DNA of 58,380 nucleotides from Fibrobacterales bacterium (GTDB lineage Bacteria; Fibrobacterota; Fibrobacteria; Fibrobacterales; JAOPTW01): NCBI GenBank assembly GCA_051532035.1, contig JAOPTW010000041.1, positions 1 to 58,380 of the forward strand, read 5' to 3'. Shown piece by piece: positions 1 to 10,066 of this stretch (position 1 is its first letter; each line of letters starts with the position of its first letter). The notes under the pieces were generated by a model. It saw only the letters and a program-made list of their open reading frames with translations, ran no database searches and was not told where the DNA came from. The position numbers and the translations under genes were made by a program.

Positions 1-2
1 AA

Positions 3-977
3 GCTGCTGGTGCAGTTCCAGCAACTCAAGCAACAGATTCAGAAGAATGGGGCGTATTCCTTGAGCTTTGTAGAACAACTATTGCTGAAGCTCCAGGTCG
101 CTGGACTACAATGCGTGATGCAATCCGTGGTGTTTCTGAAGAGACAACTACTGGTGTTCACCGTTTATATCAGATTGCTGAAGAAGGAAAACTTCCATTC
201 CCAGCGATCAATGTAAATGATGCAGTAACTAAATCTAAATTTGACAACCTCTACGGCTGTCGTCACTCACTTACTGATGGAATCATGCGTGCATCTGATG
301 TTATGCTTGCGGGTAAAATCGCAGTTATCTGTGGATACGGTGATGTTGGTAAAGGCTGTGCTCAATCGCTTAAAGGTCAAGGCGCACGTGTTCTTGTAAC
401 TGAAATCGATCCAATCTGTGCGCTTCAAGCTGCAATGGAAGGATATGAAGTAACTACTGTTGAAGATGCACTCCCAACTGCAGATATCTACATTACTACT
501 ACTGGTAATAAAGATATCATTACTGCAAAACATATGGAAGGCATGAAAAACATGGCTATCGTTGGTAATATTGGTCACTTTGACAATGAGATCGAAATGG
601 CTGAAATGGCTAAACTTGATGGCATTGTAAGAACAAATATCAAACCACAGTACGACAAATGGACATTCAAAGATGGACACTCAGTTCTTATTCTTGCTGA
701 AGGCCGTCTTCTCAACCTTGGTTGTGCTACAGGTCACCCATCATTTGTTATGTCTGCGTCATTTACTAACCAAGTACTTGCACAGATTGAGCTTCATAAA
801 AACAATGACTCATATAAAAATGAAGTGTACACACTTCCTAAATTCCTTGATGAAAAAGTTGCACGTCTTCACCTTGATAAACTTGGTGTGAAATTGACTA
901 TTCTTTCTAAAGAGCAATCTGACTATCTTGGAATACCAGTTGATGGGCCTTACAAACCAGACCATTACCGCTATTAA
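3..977 (+). CDS. ahcY: Adenosylhomocysteinase (5'-truncated by window edge)
   Basis: Motifs [47 protein letters not shown] and C-terminal [10 protein letters not shown]; the frame is open back to position 3. Confidence 0.98.
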   Translation, partial: AAGAVPATQATDSEEWGVFLELCRTTIAEAPGRWTTMRDAIRGVSEETTTGVHRLYQIAEEGKLPFPAINVNDAVTKSKFDNLYGCRHSLTDGIMRASDVMLAGKIAVICGYGDVGKGCAQSLKGQGARVLVTEIDPICALQAAMEGYEVTTVEDALPTADIYITTTGNKDIITAKHMEGMKNMAIVGNIGHFDNEIEMAEMAKLDGIVRTNIKPQYDKWTFKDGHSVLILAEGRLLNLGCATGHPSFVMSASFTNQVLAQIELHKNNDSYKNEVYTLPKFLDEKVARLHLDKLGVKLTILSKEQSDYLGIPVDGPYKPDHYRY

Positions 978-1084
978 TTTTGCGCGATGGCGGCACTTCT
1001 GCGACGTTGCTGACTCCTTGACATACTCATAAGTATGCCTGCGGATTCAGCGCCTTGCATAAGCACCACACTCCCACAAAATTA
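975..1084. repeat. ~110-bp REP/MITE-like palindromic element, copy 1
   Basis: Terminal IR TAATTTTG...CAAAATTA; inner CGTTGC(1005)-GCTGACTCC-GACATACT-cata-AGTATGCC-GGATTCAGC-GCGCCTTG; same architecture as 10060-10167. Confidence 0.65.
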
Positions 1085-1090
1085 CATTTT

Positions 1091-1134
1091 ATAAAAAAGC
1101 CCCATCTACACGTTGTTAGATGGGGCTTTTTTAT
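1091..1134 (+). terminator. Rho-independent (bidirectional-type) terminator after ahcY
   Basis: ATAAAAAAGCCCCATCTA-cacgttgt-TAGATGGGGCTTTTTTAT, a perfect 18-bp IR that includes the A and T tracts. Confidence 0.9.
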
Positions 1135-1204
1135 TCTCTTTAATACATTTACTAGAAGTAACAAATTCATTTAATAGCGACACTATGCTTTTAAGGATAT
1201 TGCC

Positions 1205-2487
1205 ATGAATAAATCAATACGCACTTTTTTTCTTTTATTTGCACTTTATTTTCTTGGTGCATGCTCTACACAAAAAGAATTTGTCTCAGTAAACACCTCT
1301 CCTACACCCCCTCTAGAGAACTACCTCATCGCTAATGTCACCATTATTCCTATGACCCATGACACTCTATTACCCCATCATTCAATGTGGGTGACTAATG
1401 GAATTATTGAAAAAATTGCACCGTATGACTCACTTCTTAAGGACACAACTCGAACTACAATTAATGGAGAAGGGAAATTTCTCATCCCTGGTTTCGCTGA
1501 TATGCATGTTCACACGGATAGTGATGAAGATTTAATTTTATTTCTTGCAAACGGGGTCACAACTATTCGCATTATGCATGGAAACAGCTCTATGATAGAA
1601 AGGAAAGAACGAGTCATTAATAGAACTCTTATTGGCCCTCGAGTTATACTATTGATTCTATTGAAGAAGTTGAACCAACAATCACCTTATTTAAAAACAA
1701 AGGATATGACTTAATAAAAGTATACGACGCACTCAGTGCAGATGTCTATTATGAAATACTCAGAGTCGCTGAAAAATTACAGCTCCCTGTTGCAGGGCAC
1801 GTCCCCTACTCAATCGGTATTCAAAAAGCATTACAGGCAGGTCAGACATCAATTGAACACTTTACTCACTATATGAATTCGAACTATACCTACAACAAAA
1901 ACTTGATCGATCTTACGATTACTCATGCCGTTTGGAACTGCCCTACCTTTATTGCAAAACAACAAGCAAGCCACCTTAAAACACTACAAGACTCTACACT
2001 ATACGAAATGAAGTATCTTCCCAAAAAAACATTAGACTGGTGGTATACTCCAGGGATGAATATTCATTTTGACAAACAGGCCTTTTTTGCACTTATGGAG
2101 GAACTGCACAATAAAGGTGGAAAAATTGTAGCGGGTACCGATGCAGGGTTTAAATTTGTCATTCCAGGGTTCAGTTATCATGAAGAGCTCGCCCTCATGA
2201 ATCAGGCAGGACTGTCACCATATGAAGTTCTTACAACCGCGACCAAAAACCCGGCAGAACTTTTAGGTACTCTTGACCACTCTGGAACAATAGAACAAGA
2301 TAAAATAGCAGATGTTATTTTACTCAATGAAAATCCATTTGAAAACATCCACAATACCAGATCAATTGAGGGTGTAATGACAAAAGGGATATGGCTTTCT
2401 AAAGAAAAACTCCAAACAATGCTGGATACCATTGAAGTATCAATGGAGAAGTACAATAATGACAGACCTACCTTAATAAAAAAGTAA
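1205..2487 (+). pseudogene. Frameshifted amidohydrolase-family lipoprotein
   Basis: ORF 1205-1714 has a lipobox (LGAC), IPGFADMHVH and NGVTTIR. The frame changes at ~1645, then continues YTIDSIEE..GYDLIKVY..GHVP..SIEH into ORF 1873-2487 (AGTDAG, ATKNPA, GTIEQDKIADVILL). Confidence 0.85.
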
Positions 2488-2540
2488 TCTACCAATTGTT
2501 TGCATCTCTAAAATATGATTTAAAAAAAATCAACACTATT

Positions 2541-3119
2541 TTACTTTGTTATGCCATACATCTCTTGTACTTGTCTAAGTAGCTCAGGGTTGAAGGCCAT
2601 AGTGAGAATACCCATGCTGCCATAGACGCCCAGTACTAAGAGGATAATTTCCCAGAGTCTGAGGCGAGAGCGGTAGATACAAACTGCTTCTTTTGCTTCG
2701 AGATACTTTCTATAAGTAAAGAAAAGCGGTATGTAGGGCACCCAAAAAATAAATATGAGCATGAACCATGGGAAGGCCAGTTGCTGACTGAATATTCTGA
2801 GAAAACTAAATGCTGCCGCAAAGAGAAATGGTGAATAATCTACCAGTACTTTTTGTTTAATTGCCGCATTAGTTACATGCCTATAGAGACTAAATGAGAA
2901 AAGCCAGTCAAATACTACCCGTACTATCGGATGTAAGATAACATTCAAAACCTTATCATTATGCATTTCATTATCATTGCGCAGTTGCGCCCATATTCCA
3001 TAGGCCCAAATCATGGAATAAAGTCCACAACTCACCAATGAAAGAGTGAAAAAATGCCAAAATGGTTGCAGTATAATTACTGGTTTAATATCATCGTCAT
3101 CAATTACTGTATCAGCCAT
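2541..3119 (-). CDS. Hypothetical integral membrane protein (DUF4234-like N-terminus)
   Basis: 192 aa with several hydrophobic helices, LSLVSCGLYSMIWAY motif; start overlaps the nnr stop. Confidence 0.7.
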   Translation of the reverse strand: MADTVIDDDDIKPVIILQPFWHFFTLSLVSCGLYSMIWAYGIWAQLRNDNEMHNDKVLNVILHPIVRVVFDWLFSFSLYRHVTNAAIKQKVLVDYSPFLFAAAFSFLRIFSQQLAFPWFMLIFIFWVPYIPLFFTYRKYLEAKEAVCIYRSRLRLWEIILLVLGVYGSMGILTMAFNPELLRQVQEMYGITK

Positions 3120-4671
3120 ACATTCCTATACTATTTACCATGACCTGTGAAATTGCATCAACAATATCACTTGCTATCATGGAATATTCTGAAAGTTCTT
3201 CAGCGGCTACATCACCCGCTGTTGTGTGAATATACGTCCCTAAAAGAGCCGCTTCTTTTACGCTACACCCTTGAGCAATGAGTGAGGTTATTATGCCACT
3301 CAAAACATCACCAGAGCCTGCGGTTGCCATCCCCGAGTTACCATACGGATTAAAATAGACAGAATCTGGCGTTGCTACTATTGTAGGATACCCTTTATAG
3401 ACGATCGTAATATCATATTTTTCAGCAGTCTCTTGAATGGCATCAACTTTCTCTTCTATACCAGAAGGAAGTTTCCCAAAGAGGCGTTTATACTCTCCTG
3501 CATGAGGAGTCAATACAATATCTGCCCTCGCTTCTTTAAGAATATCGATGGAATCGGCAAGAGCATTCAATCCATCAGCATCAATAACCAACCCACCATC
3601 AACGGTTTTAACCAGGGCCTTTACCAGTTGTGCCGTTTCAGGATGAGTTGAAAGACCTGGGCCAATACAGAGTACTGATGATTTTTCGACATATTCACGA
3701 ATGGTACTTAATCCTTTGAGAGAAAGCGATCCCGTTTCTGTCTGCGGTAATCCATGGAGTACCGGTTCAGTAAGTTTGATTGCAAGTGTATCAATTGCAG
3801 AATCTGGAGCAGCAAGATGGACCATACCACAACCAGTACGTAAGGCAGCCTGTGACGCTAACGTTGCAGCTCCAAGCATCCCTTTTGATCCAGCTAACAC
3901 AAGAGCAATGCCATGATCGACTTTATCACCCCAAGGAGTTCGTAGCGGCAACATCTCAAGGATGGTATCATCGATCACATAGCGAGCCGCCGACTCTTGA
4001 TCAACAATATTCTCAGGATACGCAAGGTCCGCGATGGTAAGTTCACCATAATAATCTCGTAGGGGATAAAAAAGGCTGCCCACTTTTGCAAAACCCATAG
4101 TCACGGTATAATCAGCCTCAATACATGGATCACCAGGGATTCCCCTCTCATTATTAACACCAGATGGAGAATCTACAGAGAGAATGAGTATCCCTGAATT
4201 ATTAATATCTTCAATGACCTGATCAAGAGGCGCCTTCGGCGTACCTTTCATTCCCGTCCCAAGAAGCGCATCTACGACCAAACAGGTATCGACAAATGAC
4301 TCTACAATAGTCTCTGGATCCATAGAGAGCATATCTACTTCAGCCTCAACAGCATCCTTAAATGCCTGAGCTGCCTCACCCATCAACTTATCACCGGCAG
4401 AGACACTGTAGCAGCGTACGGAGACTCCCTTCCCTTTAAGAAGAGAGGCCAGTACAAATCCATCACCACCATTGTTACCCTTACCACAGAAAATATCAAC
4501 GGTACCTTCAAGGCCATTATCTGCAATAATCTCTAAAGCCTTCGCACAAAGAGCTTCTCCTGCGCGTTTCATATATTGATACCCTACTGCATAGTCACCA
4601 TCAATTGCAGCGGCATCAATCGCCTGCATCTCACTTACGGTTAGCACTTCGGCCATTTCTAACTCTTTCAT
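3112..4671 (-). CDS. nnr: Bifunctional NAD(P)H-hydrate epimerase/dehydratase (YjeF; NnrE-NnrD fusion)
   Basis: CGKGNNGGDG, VDALLGTG, SVDSPSG, IGPGL, VIDADGL, LTPHAGE, MATAGSGDVLSG; start is 4671 (ATGA overlap) or 4656. Confidence 0.95.
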   Translation of the reverse strand: MKELEMAEVLTVSEMQAIDAAAIDGDYAVGYQYMKRAGEALCAKALEIIADNGLEGTVDIFCGKGNNGGDGFVLASLLKGKGVSVRCYSVSAGDKLMGEAAQAFKDAVEAEVDMLSMDPETIVESFVDTCLVVDALLGTGMKGTPKAPLDQVIEDINNSGILILSVDSPSGVNNERGIPGDPCIEADYTVTMGFAKVGSLFYPLRDYYGELTIADLAYPENIVDQESAARYVIDDTILEMLPLRTPWGDKVDHGIALVLAGSKGMLGAATLASQAALRTGCGMVHLAAPDSAIDTLAIKLTEPVLHGLPQTETGSLSLKGLSTIREYVEKSSVLCIGPGLSTHPETAQLVKALVKTVDGGLVIDADGLNALADSIDILKEARADIVLTPHAGEYKRLFGKLPSGIEEKVDAIQETAEKYDITIVYKGYPTIVATPDSVYFNPYGNSGMATAGSGDVLSGIITSLIAQGCSVKEAALLGTYIHTTAGDVAAEELSEYSMIASDIVDAISQVMVNSIGMYG

Positions 4672-5450
4672 ATTGTCGCTCCACATTTTCTACAAAATTT
4701 TGCATCATCTGAGTGATCTTCCACACCACAACTCGGACAGGCTTGAGTATTGGTAACCACTCGCGAAAGTTCTACAGACATAATACCCGTTGGAACTGCA
4801 ATCATACCATACCCTACAATCATCATCAGTGACGTGAAGAATTTACCCAAAAGAGTGTAGGGTACTACATCACCATACCCCACTGTAGTCATAGTTACTA
4901 CAGCCCAGTAAATACTCGATGGAATACTTTCGAATCCCGGAGTATTCTGTTCTACTACATACATTATTGATCCTATAACAATGACCACAAGGCACACTGC
5001 TGAGACAAAAACCGTCATTTTTCTACGGGCGTTCCGCAGGGCTGCCATCAAATTCCGTGCTTCAGTAGTATAGCGCACCAATTTAAAGATACGATACACT
5101 CTGAGAAGCCTCAGTATTCTGATCGCCATAAAGTATTGAGGGCCAGCAATAATAAAACTCAGGTAGGTTGGTACGATAGCCAGAAAATCAACAATGCCAT
5201 AAAAACTAAAGACATAAGAGAAGGGGTTTCTTACTGCTACCAACCTCAGTATATACTCAATAGAAAAAAGAATGGTAAAGAACCACTCTATGACTTTAAG
5301 GAGAGTATAATAGTTGGTACTGACAGATTCGACACTTTCGAGTACTACCGCAAGAACACTGATAATAATACTCCACAGTAGGATTTCATCAAAAACCTTA
5401 CCTGCCGGGGTATCTGCTTCATAGATTATTTCGTGTAATTTATTTCTCAC
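4668..5450 (-). CDS. Voltage-gated-type potassium channel (6TM) with C-terminal Zn ribbon
   Basis: Selectivity filter TMTTVGYGD, S4-like RILRLLRVYRIFK, C-terminal CPSC..CRKCG; GTG start with GAGG SD. Confidence 0.93.
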   Translation of the reverse strand: MRNKLHEIIYEADTPAGKVFDEILLWSIIISVLAVVLESVESVSTNYYTLLKVIEWFFTILFSIEYILRLVAVRNPFSYVFSFYGIVDFLAIVPTYLSFIIAGPQYFMAIRILRLLRVYRIFKLVRYTTEARNLMAALRNARRKMTVFVSAVCLVVIVIGSIMYVVEQNTPGFESIPSSIYWAVVTMTTVGYGDVVPYTLLGKFFTSLMMIVGYGMIAVPTGIMSVELSRVVTNTQACPSCGVEDHSDDAKFCRKCGATI

Positions 5451-5606
5451 AATGCCTCATTTAAAAAATCATTGCATCTTAACTCTAAAGGTACTTATTC
5501 TATAAAAATTTGTAATTGATACTATTACAACTACCATCAAAAAGCATTTTTGGGGAAATCAGCGAATACCTGTATTTCTATAGAGTGTTAACGAATAGGG
5601 TTACGG

Positions 5607-6518
5607 TCAATTCTTCCAGCCATTTGCACCTAACCACTGTCGATCCAAAGTAGAAGAGTTCAATATCGAGTCAATTACTGGCTTAAGAAAAATAGATATG
5701 TCAGTAAGAATGTTTGAAAAACCCTCCGGCACACTGTCCCTCTCAAACTTCTTGATAAAAGCTTTCCACTGAATCTGTTTTCTACTAATGAAAACATCTG
5801 TAAACAAATCATCTAAAGAATACAATGTTGTACTTCTTCTTTTACAAGTACTTTGCAATGCACTCGTTAACAATACACCGTCAAAATCAAGCCACTTAGA
5901 AAGAAACCAGACATCATAAAAATCTTTGATACGGCTATTGGCATCTCCTCTAGCAAACATACACTCAACCTTCTCAGCTATTGAAGTTTCTGGTTGATAA
6001 CACTTGATCTCAGGGTGAGGCATATCAAGAAGCACCGGAAATGATCGAAGTACTGCTTCAGGTACAACAACATCACCAATACCTATATCAATTAATAGCA
6101 ATACTTTAGCATTACCCAACGCACCTCTGCATTGCATCCGTAAACCTGGATAATCTGCCTCTTTTGTTATCTCAGCATACTTCAAAGATGAAATATCAAA
6201 TATTAAACCATCATTGTACGAGTTTTTGCTGAGAATTTCAGAAAAATGATCAACAACTTCACCAACCGTTACTTTGGCAACTGATAACAAATCAATATCC
6301 TTAGTAGGTCGTGCATCATCAATCGACCAAGCCCTAAGCATCATAGCTCCTTTAAGAATATATTGAGAAACATACTGAGACTGAGACAACCTAAAAAGCA
6401 CACGCTCCATAACATAGTATTGTAGTAATTCATTAAAAGGTCTACCTTGAAGCCTAGACTGATGCTGCAATTTCTGATGGATAGAATGTGGAATATTTGA
6501 GCCTTTCGTGCTAATCAT
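5607..6518 (-). CDS. abiEii: AbiEii/AbiGii-family nucleotidyltransferase toxin (type IV TA)
   Basis: ILKGAMML, RPTKDIDL, SIAEKV and NSRIKDFYD motifs; start overlaps the antitoxin stop. Confidence 0.92.
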   Translation of the reverse strand: MISTKGSNIPHSIHQKLQHQSRLQGRPFNELLQYYVMERVLFRLSQSQYVSQYILKGAMMLRAWSIDDARPTKDIDLLSVAKVTVGEVVDHFSEILSKNSYNDGLIFDISSLKYAEITKEADYPGLRMQCRGALGNAKVLLLIDIGIGDVVVPEAVLRSFPVLLDMPHPEIKCYQPETSIAEKVECMFARGDANSRIKDFYDVWFLSKWLDFDGVLLTSALQSTCKRRSTTLYSLDDLFTDVFISRKQIQWKAFIKKFERDSVPEGFSNILTDISIFLKPVIDSILNSSTLDRQWLGANGWKN

Positions 6519-7114
6519 TGCATCGCCTCCAGATAAGGAGTTATTACGGCACGTACTCTACAAATATCTACAAAATGCATCAACTCTCTTATATTAACAG
6601 TATCCTTACCCAAATAGAGTTTCAATGCTTCAACGACCACCTCAGTTCCAAGACTATTTCGAAATTTGAAACAATCAGCTATCGTTTTTTCCAATGAATA
6701 TATTTTAACCTCAATTCCATCAATAGTATGAACCTCAATGCCTTCAGAATAACTTTTGCCAGAAAAGTGGTAACAACTGAGAGGCGGATACTTCATTTTT
6801 AAATCTTTAAGCCCTGCTGGAAGCGCTATATGAACAGCATGAGGAACCTGTGTTGTACACTCATGCCAGGATAGTGCGGAAATAAGTGCCACGACTGCTT
6901 TTGAGGATTGTGAAGCTATTGCAACAAGATCGGGTTCACTGAGGTCAGTCTCAAACAATACAAAACATCCACGAGAAACCTGAGTTAGGAGCCCTATATC
7001 ACGCATTTTGTATATAGAACCTGTATGAAAACCTGCCCCTATTAGCTCTCTGGTACGCACAATTCCCTTATGCAATTTCATAAATTCAATAATTCTTTTT
7101 TGTAGTTTTTCCAT
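6515..7114 (-). CDS. abiEi: AbiEi-family antitoxin / transcriptional regulator
   Basis: N-terminal wHTH (QVSRGCF), ALISALSWHE, TTQVP, YSLEKTIADCFKFRN; ATG at 7114 (TTG 7123 is an alternative). Confidence 0.9.
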   Translation of the reverse strand: MEKLQKRIIEFMKLHKGIVRTRELIGAGFHTGSIYKMRDIGLLTQVSRGCFVLFETDLSEPDLVAIASQSSKAVVALISALSWHECTTQVPHAVHIALPAGLKDLKMKYPPLSCYHFSGKSYSEGIEVHTIDGIEVKIYSLEKTIADCFKFRNSLGTEVVVEALKLYLGKDTVNIRELMHFVDICRVRAVITPYLEAMQ

Positions 7115-7123
7115 ACCCAACAA

Positions 7124-7165
7124 CTAAATAGCACTATGTTTTTTTATAAATATAGTGCTATTTAG
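7124..7165 (-). promoter_or_regulatory. Inverted-repeat operator of the abiE operon
   Basis: Perfect 14-bp IR CTAAATAGCACTAT (7124-7137) / ATAGTGCTATTTAG (7152-7165) just upstream of abiEi, overlapping a TATATTT -10-like element. Confidence 0.75.
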
Positions 7166-7247
7166 CTTTTTTGTGGTCAAATTATTAACACTTATATGAT
7201 AGAATTAACCATAAGGGCCTTTTGATCTGAAAAATAAAGAAAACTAA

Positions 7248-7510
7248 ATCATTAAAGCAGCCCCTATACATAAGCCGAGTGAACTATTCTACTGGCATAG
7301 AGAAGCGCATACAAGTAATGCTGAAGTTGATTATGTAATAGCCCAAGGCACCGAGTTTATTCCTATTGAGGTTAAAGCAGGAATGAAAGGTCAGATGCAG
7401 AGCCTAAGAGTGTTTCTATTCGAGTAAAAAGCCCCTGGCACTATAAAGTTTCTCAAGAAAATTTTGGTGAGTATGGCGGCATTACTACAGAATTAATATA
7501 TGGCTTGTGA
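7248..7510 (+). pseudogene. C-terminal remnant of an AAA_14/DUF4143 ATPase
   Basis: Translates ELFYWHREAHTSNAEVDYVIAQGTEFIPIEVKAGMKGQMQSLRVFLFE*K; internal TAA at 7425, later frameshift to VSQENFGEYG, no start. Confidence 0.8.
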
Positions 7511-7930
7511 GTTTTGATGAAGAAAATCTTGAATGAATAATTTGAGAGTCCCGTTGTAGGTGCAATGTGCGATACCTCTGCTTTCGAACATAAATGGAGT
7601 CGTATAGTAGGAATATCAGTATGCAACCCAGCAGATTATTTTTTTTCGGCTAAACAATTTACAATGATCGAGAGGGCAGCAGCCGATTAGTCAGACATTC
7701 TCAAACCTTTATGGGTGCGCACACTCCCAAAGAAACTTATGTTGTTACCCCTGATAATTATTATCAGCTTTTTATATTTGTTAAAGAGGTTTGGGAATAT
7801 GTAACCTGAATTTAGAAAAATGCCTTGCACGCTACATCAAGAAGAGATACGAGAAACTCTGCCACGTAATATTATTTGCTAAATCTGATTAATCACAATC
7901 CTGAAGCCAGATATTCGATGGTGCAACAAT

Positions 7931-7960
7931 AACAAAACCACCTGTTTAATCAACAGATGG
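7931..7960 (-). terminator. Terminator of the 111-aa secreted protein gene
   Basis: Minus strand CCATCTGTT-gatta-AACAGGTGG-TTTTGTT, ~25 nt after the stop. Confidence 0.7.
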
Positions 7961-7986
7961 CAATTTTCAACAAACATAAGCAGTTA

Positions 7987-8322
7987 TTACTTTTTAAAAA
8001 TTACAGAAACAGCATTGAAGGTATGGGAGGCATCATCTGTTACAAAAATTGCAACTTCTTTTTGTAATGACGCAGCCGTAAGTAGGGCTGAATATAAACC
8101 ACCTGCTTCTGAGATAGATTCTTGTGACGCTGGATTATAATGAAACAAATAATATTTATTATCTGTATCATGAACTTCAACGTAATACCCTGCCCCACCA
8201 CCAGCATGATAACCAACTTTTTGTATTTCTACATTATCAGTCCAACCTATAGCAAAAGCATTCCCCGCAAAAACACTACCAATCAAAACCATCGCAATCA
8301 TCATTTTTTTAACCATTTTCAT
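7987..8322 (-). CDS. Small secreted hypothetical protein (possible OB-fold, AB5 B-subunit-like)
   Basis: Signal peptide ending AFA; AAAGGA SD; own terminator; LYSALLTAASLQKEVAIFV motif. Confidence 0.8.
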   Translation of the reverse strand: MKMVKKMMIAMVLIGSVFAGNAFAIGWTDNVEIQKVGYHAGGGAGYYVEVHDTDNKYYLFHYNPASQESISEAGGLYSALLTAASLQKEVAIFVTDDASHTFNAVSVIFKK

Positions 8323-8845
8323 TCGTATTTCCTTTTTAAATTAATTTATTTTCAGTTTAAAATTTTTGAGGTAACCCTCTACTGACCGGTATTTTCCCAA
8401 TCAGTTAATCTGTTGTTGTATATTAGACGGATCAAAACGGACTTATGTGAATTTATTATTCATTATTTTTTCTTTTTTTGAAAAAATAATTTCTATGGGG
8501 GTTACCATAGTTGCATCAGCACATCGCCAACCTTTTTGTAGCATGCCATCTTCTCCCATAAATCGTTCATGAGAAACAAAGCCCACAGGCATCAAAAGCA
8601 TATTTTATCTGGAGTTTCTCTCTGCGTACATATATAGAAATGAGAAGCACGTGTATCTGTGACGCCCTTCACATTACGAGCTTGCTTTTTGTTAATTTAC
8701 AGTTACTTCAAGATGCTCAATACAGGCTACGCTGATAGGCACAGATAATTATAATGTCCCAAAGTGCCCTGTAGAAAAAATTTTAATATTGTTCCGAATG
8801 AATAAATGGTACAATAGACCCATAGGAACCAAGGAATTGAATACA

Positions 8846-10066
8846 ATGGGAGCAGACACTCTTACCGCTGTAGCCACAGCCATAGCAACGCCCACTGCGG
8901 CTCAAGCGATTGACCTCATTTTTTCTGAACTCTCTATCATCATAATTGTGAGTGGTATCCTTGCTGTTATGGCTATTTTTATGAAACAGCCAATCCTCAT
9001 TGGGTATATTCTTGCAGGGGTTATTCTTGGTCCCTCAGGACTTGCAGTTGTCAAAGGAATGGACTTTCTCAATGGCATATCACAAATCGGGGTAACCCTC
9101 CTTCTCTTTTTAGCAGGCCTCGGCCTCCAACCCCATAAACTGAAAGACATTTACAAGCAGATGCTCTTTATCACCCTCTTTTCTGGGCTCATTTTTTCCT
9201 GTATTATTTTTAGCTTCTCATATATAATCGATTTCACCCTCGTTGAGTCTATGGTGATCGGTATAGCGCTTATGTTTTCAAGTACCATTCTTGTGGTAAA
9301 GCTCCTCCCCACTACAACACTCCATCAACAACACATGGGTGCCCTCTCAATCTCTATCCTCATTATTCAAGATATTATTGCAGTGAGTGTCATCACCTTC
9401 ATTAAAAGTACTGACACCCAAGCGCTCTACCCATACTACCTCCTCCCTTTAGTACTTGTAGTCGGTGTATCCCTTGCGTTTCTCTTTGAACGCTATATCA
9501 TCCGAAAAATTATTGCCGAAGTTGATCAATATCATGAAGTACTCTATCTCGGTACTATCGCTTGGTGCTTTGCACTTGCGTTTCTCGCTCACTACCTTGG
9601 ATTTTCATATGAAATCGGTGCATTTATTGCTGGAGTCACCTTAGCAAACAACCCTATATCTCGCTTTTTGGCAGAAGGGCTCAAGTTTTTCCGTGACTTT
9701 TTCCTCGCCATTTTCTTTTTCACTATTGGAGCTAAAATCGATTTTGTCTTAGCGCAAACTATCATATTCCCCGCAATCTTCCTGGGTGTAATTCTTTGCG
9801 CCCTGAAGCCACAAATATTTCTCATCCTCTTTCGTTCAATAAATGAACGCAAAAAAGTTGCCAAGGAGATATCATACCGTCTTGGGCAATCGAGTGAATT
9901 CTCGCTCATTATGGCATTCTTTGCACTAGAGTATGGGCTTATCTCAGGAAAAGCATCTCAGTTTATTCAAATTGTGACCGTTTTGACCATGGTCATTTCA
10001 TCGTACACTATAATCAATTTCTTCCCGACGCCGCTCGGAACCCGCAAAAAGCTTCACCGAAATTAG
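8846..10066 (+). CDS. CPA2-family cation:proton antiporter (KefB-like, no KTN domain)
   Basis: KQPILIGYILAGVILGP, FSSTILVVK, LIIQDI, GAFIAG, FFFTIG, LGQSSEFS; ATG 8846 follows AAGGA. Confidence 0.92.
   Translation: MGADTLTAVATAIATPTAAQAIDLIFSELSIIIIVSGILAVMAIFMKQPILIGYILAGVILGPSGLAVVKGMDFLNGISQIGVTLLLFLAGLGLQPHKLKDIYKQMLFITLFSGLIFSCIIFSFSYIIDFTLVESMVIGIALMFSSTILVVKLLPTTTLHQQHMGALSISILIIQDIIAVSVITFIKSTDTQALYPYYLLPLVLVVGVSLAFLFERYIIRKIIAEVDQYHEVLYLGTIAWCFALAFLAHYLGFSYEIGAFIAGVTLANNPISRFLAEGLKFFRDFFLAIFFFTIGAKIDFVLAQTIIFPAIFLGVILCALKPQIFLILFRSINERKKVAKEISYRLGQSSEFSLIMAFFALEYGLISGKASQFIQIVTVLTMVISSYTIINFFPTPLGTRKKLHRN

Noticed and set aside
1640..1714. Programmed -1 frameshift in the amidohydrolase
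   Set aside because: No X XXY YYZ slippery site at the junction, and family sequence appears to be missing
7540..7800. Imperfect IRs (ATTCTCAAACCT/AGGTTTGGGAAT; CTGATAATTATTATCAG) and a 41-codon ORF
   Set aside because: Short and AT-rich, not repeated elsewhere, with no integrase or transposase to support attC or IS ends
8360..8510. GGGTTACC motifs resembling the 3' end of a c-di-GMP-I riboswitch
   Set aside because: The upstream GGxAAA..GAAA..GACGCAAA core is absent on both strands
8445..8601. ~52-codon minus-strand ORF (MLLMPVGFVSHERF...)
   Set aside because: No SD, no recognisable motif, and it runs into AT-rich promoter DNA
8720..8775. GGCAC/GTGCC pairing upstream of the CPA2 antiporter as a c-di-AMP, Na+ or Li+ riboswitch
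   Set aside because: Only short stems, with no consensus nucleotides I can match; an Rfam scan would be needed
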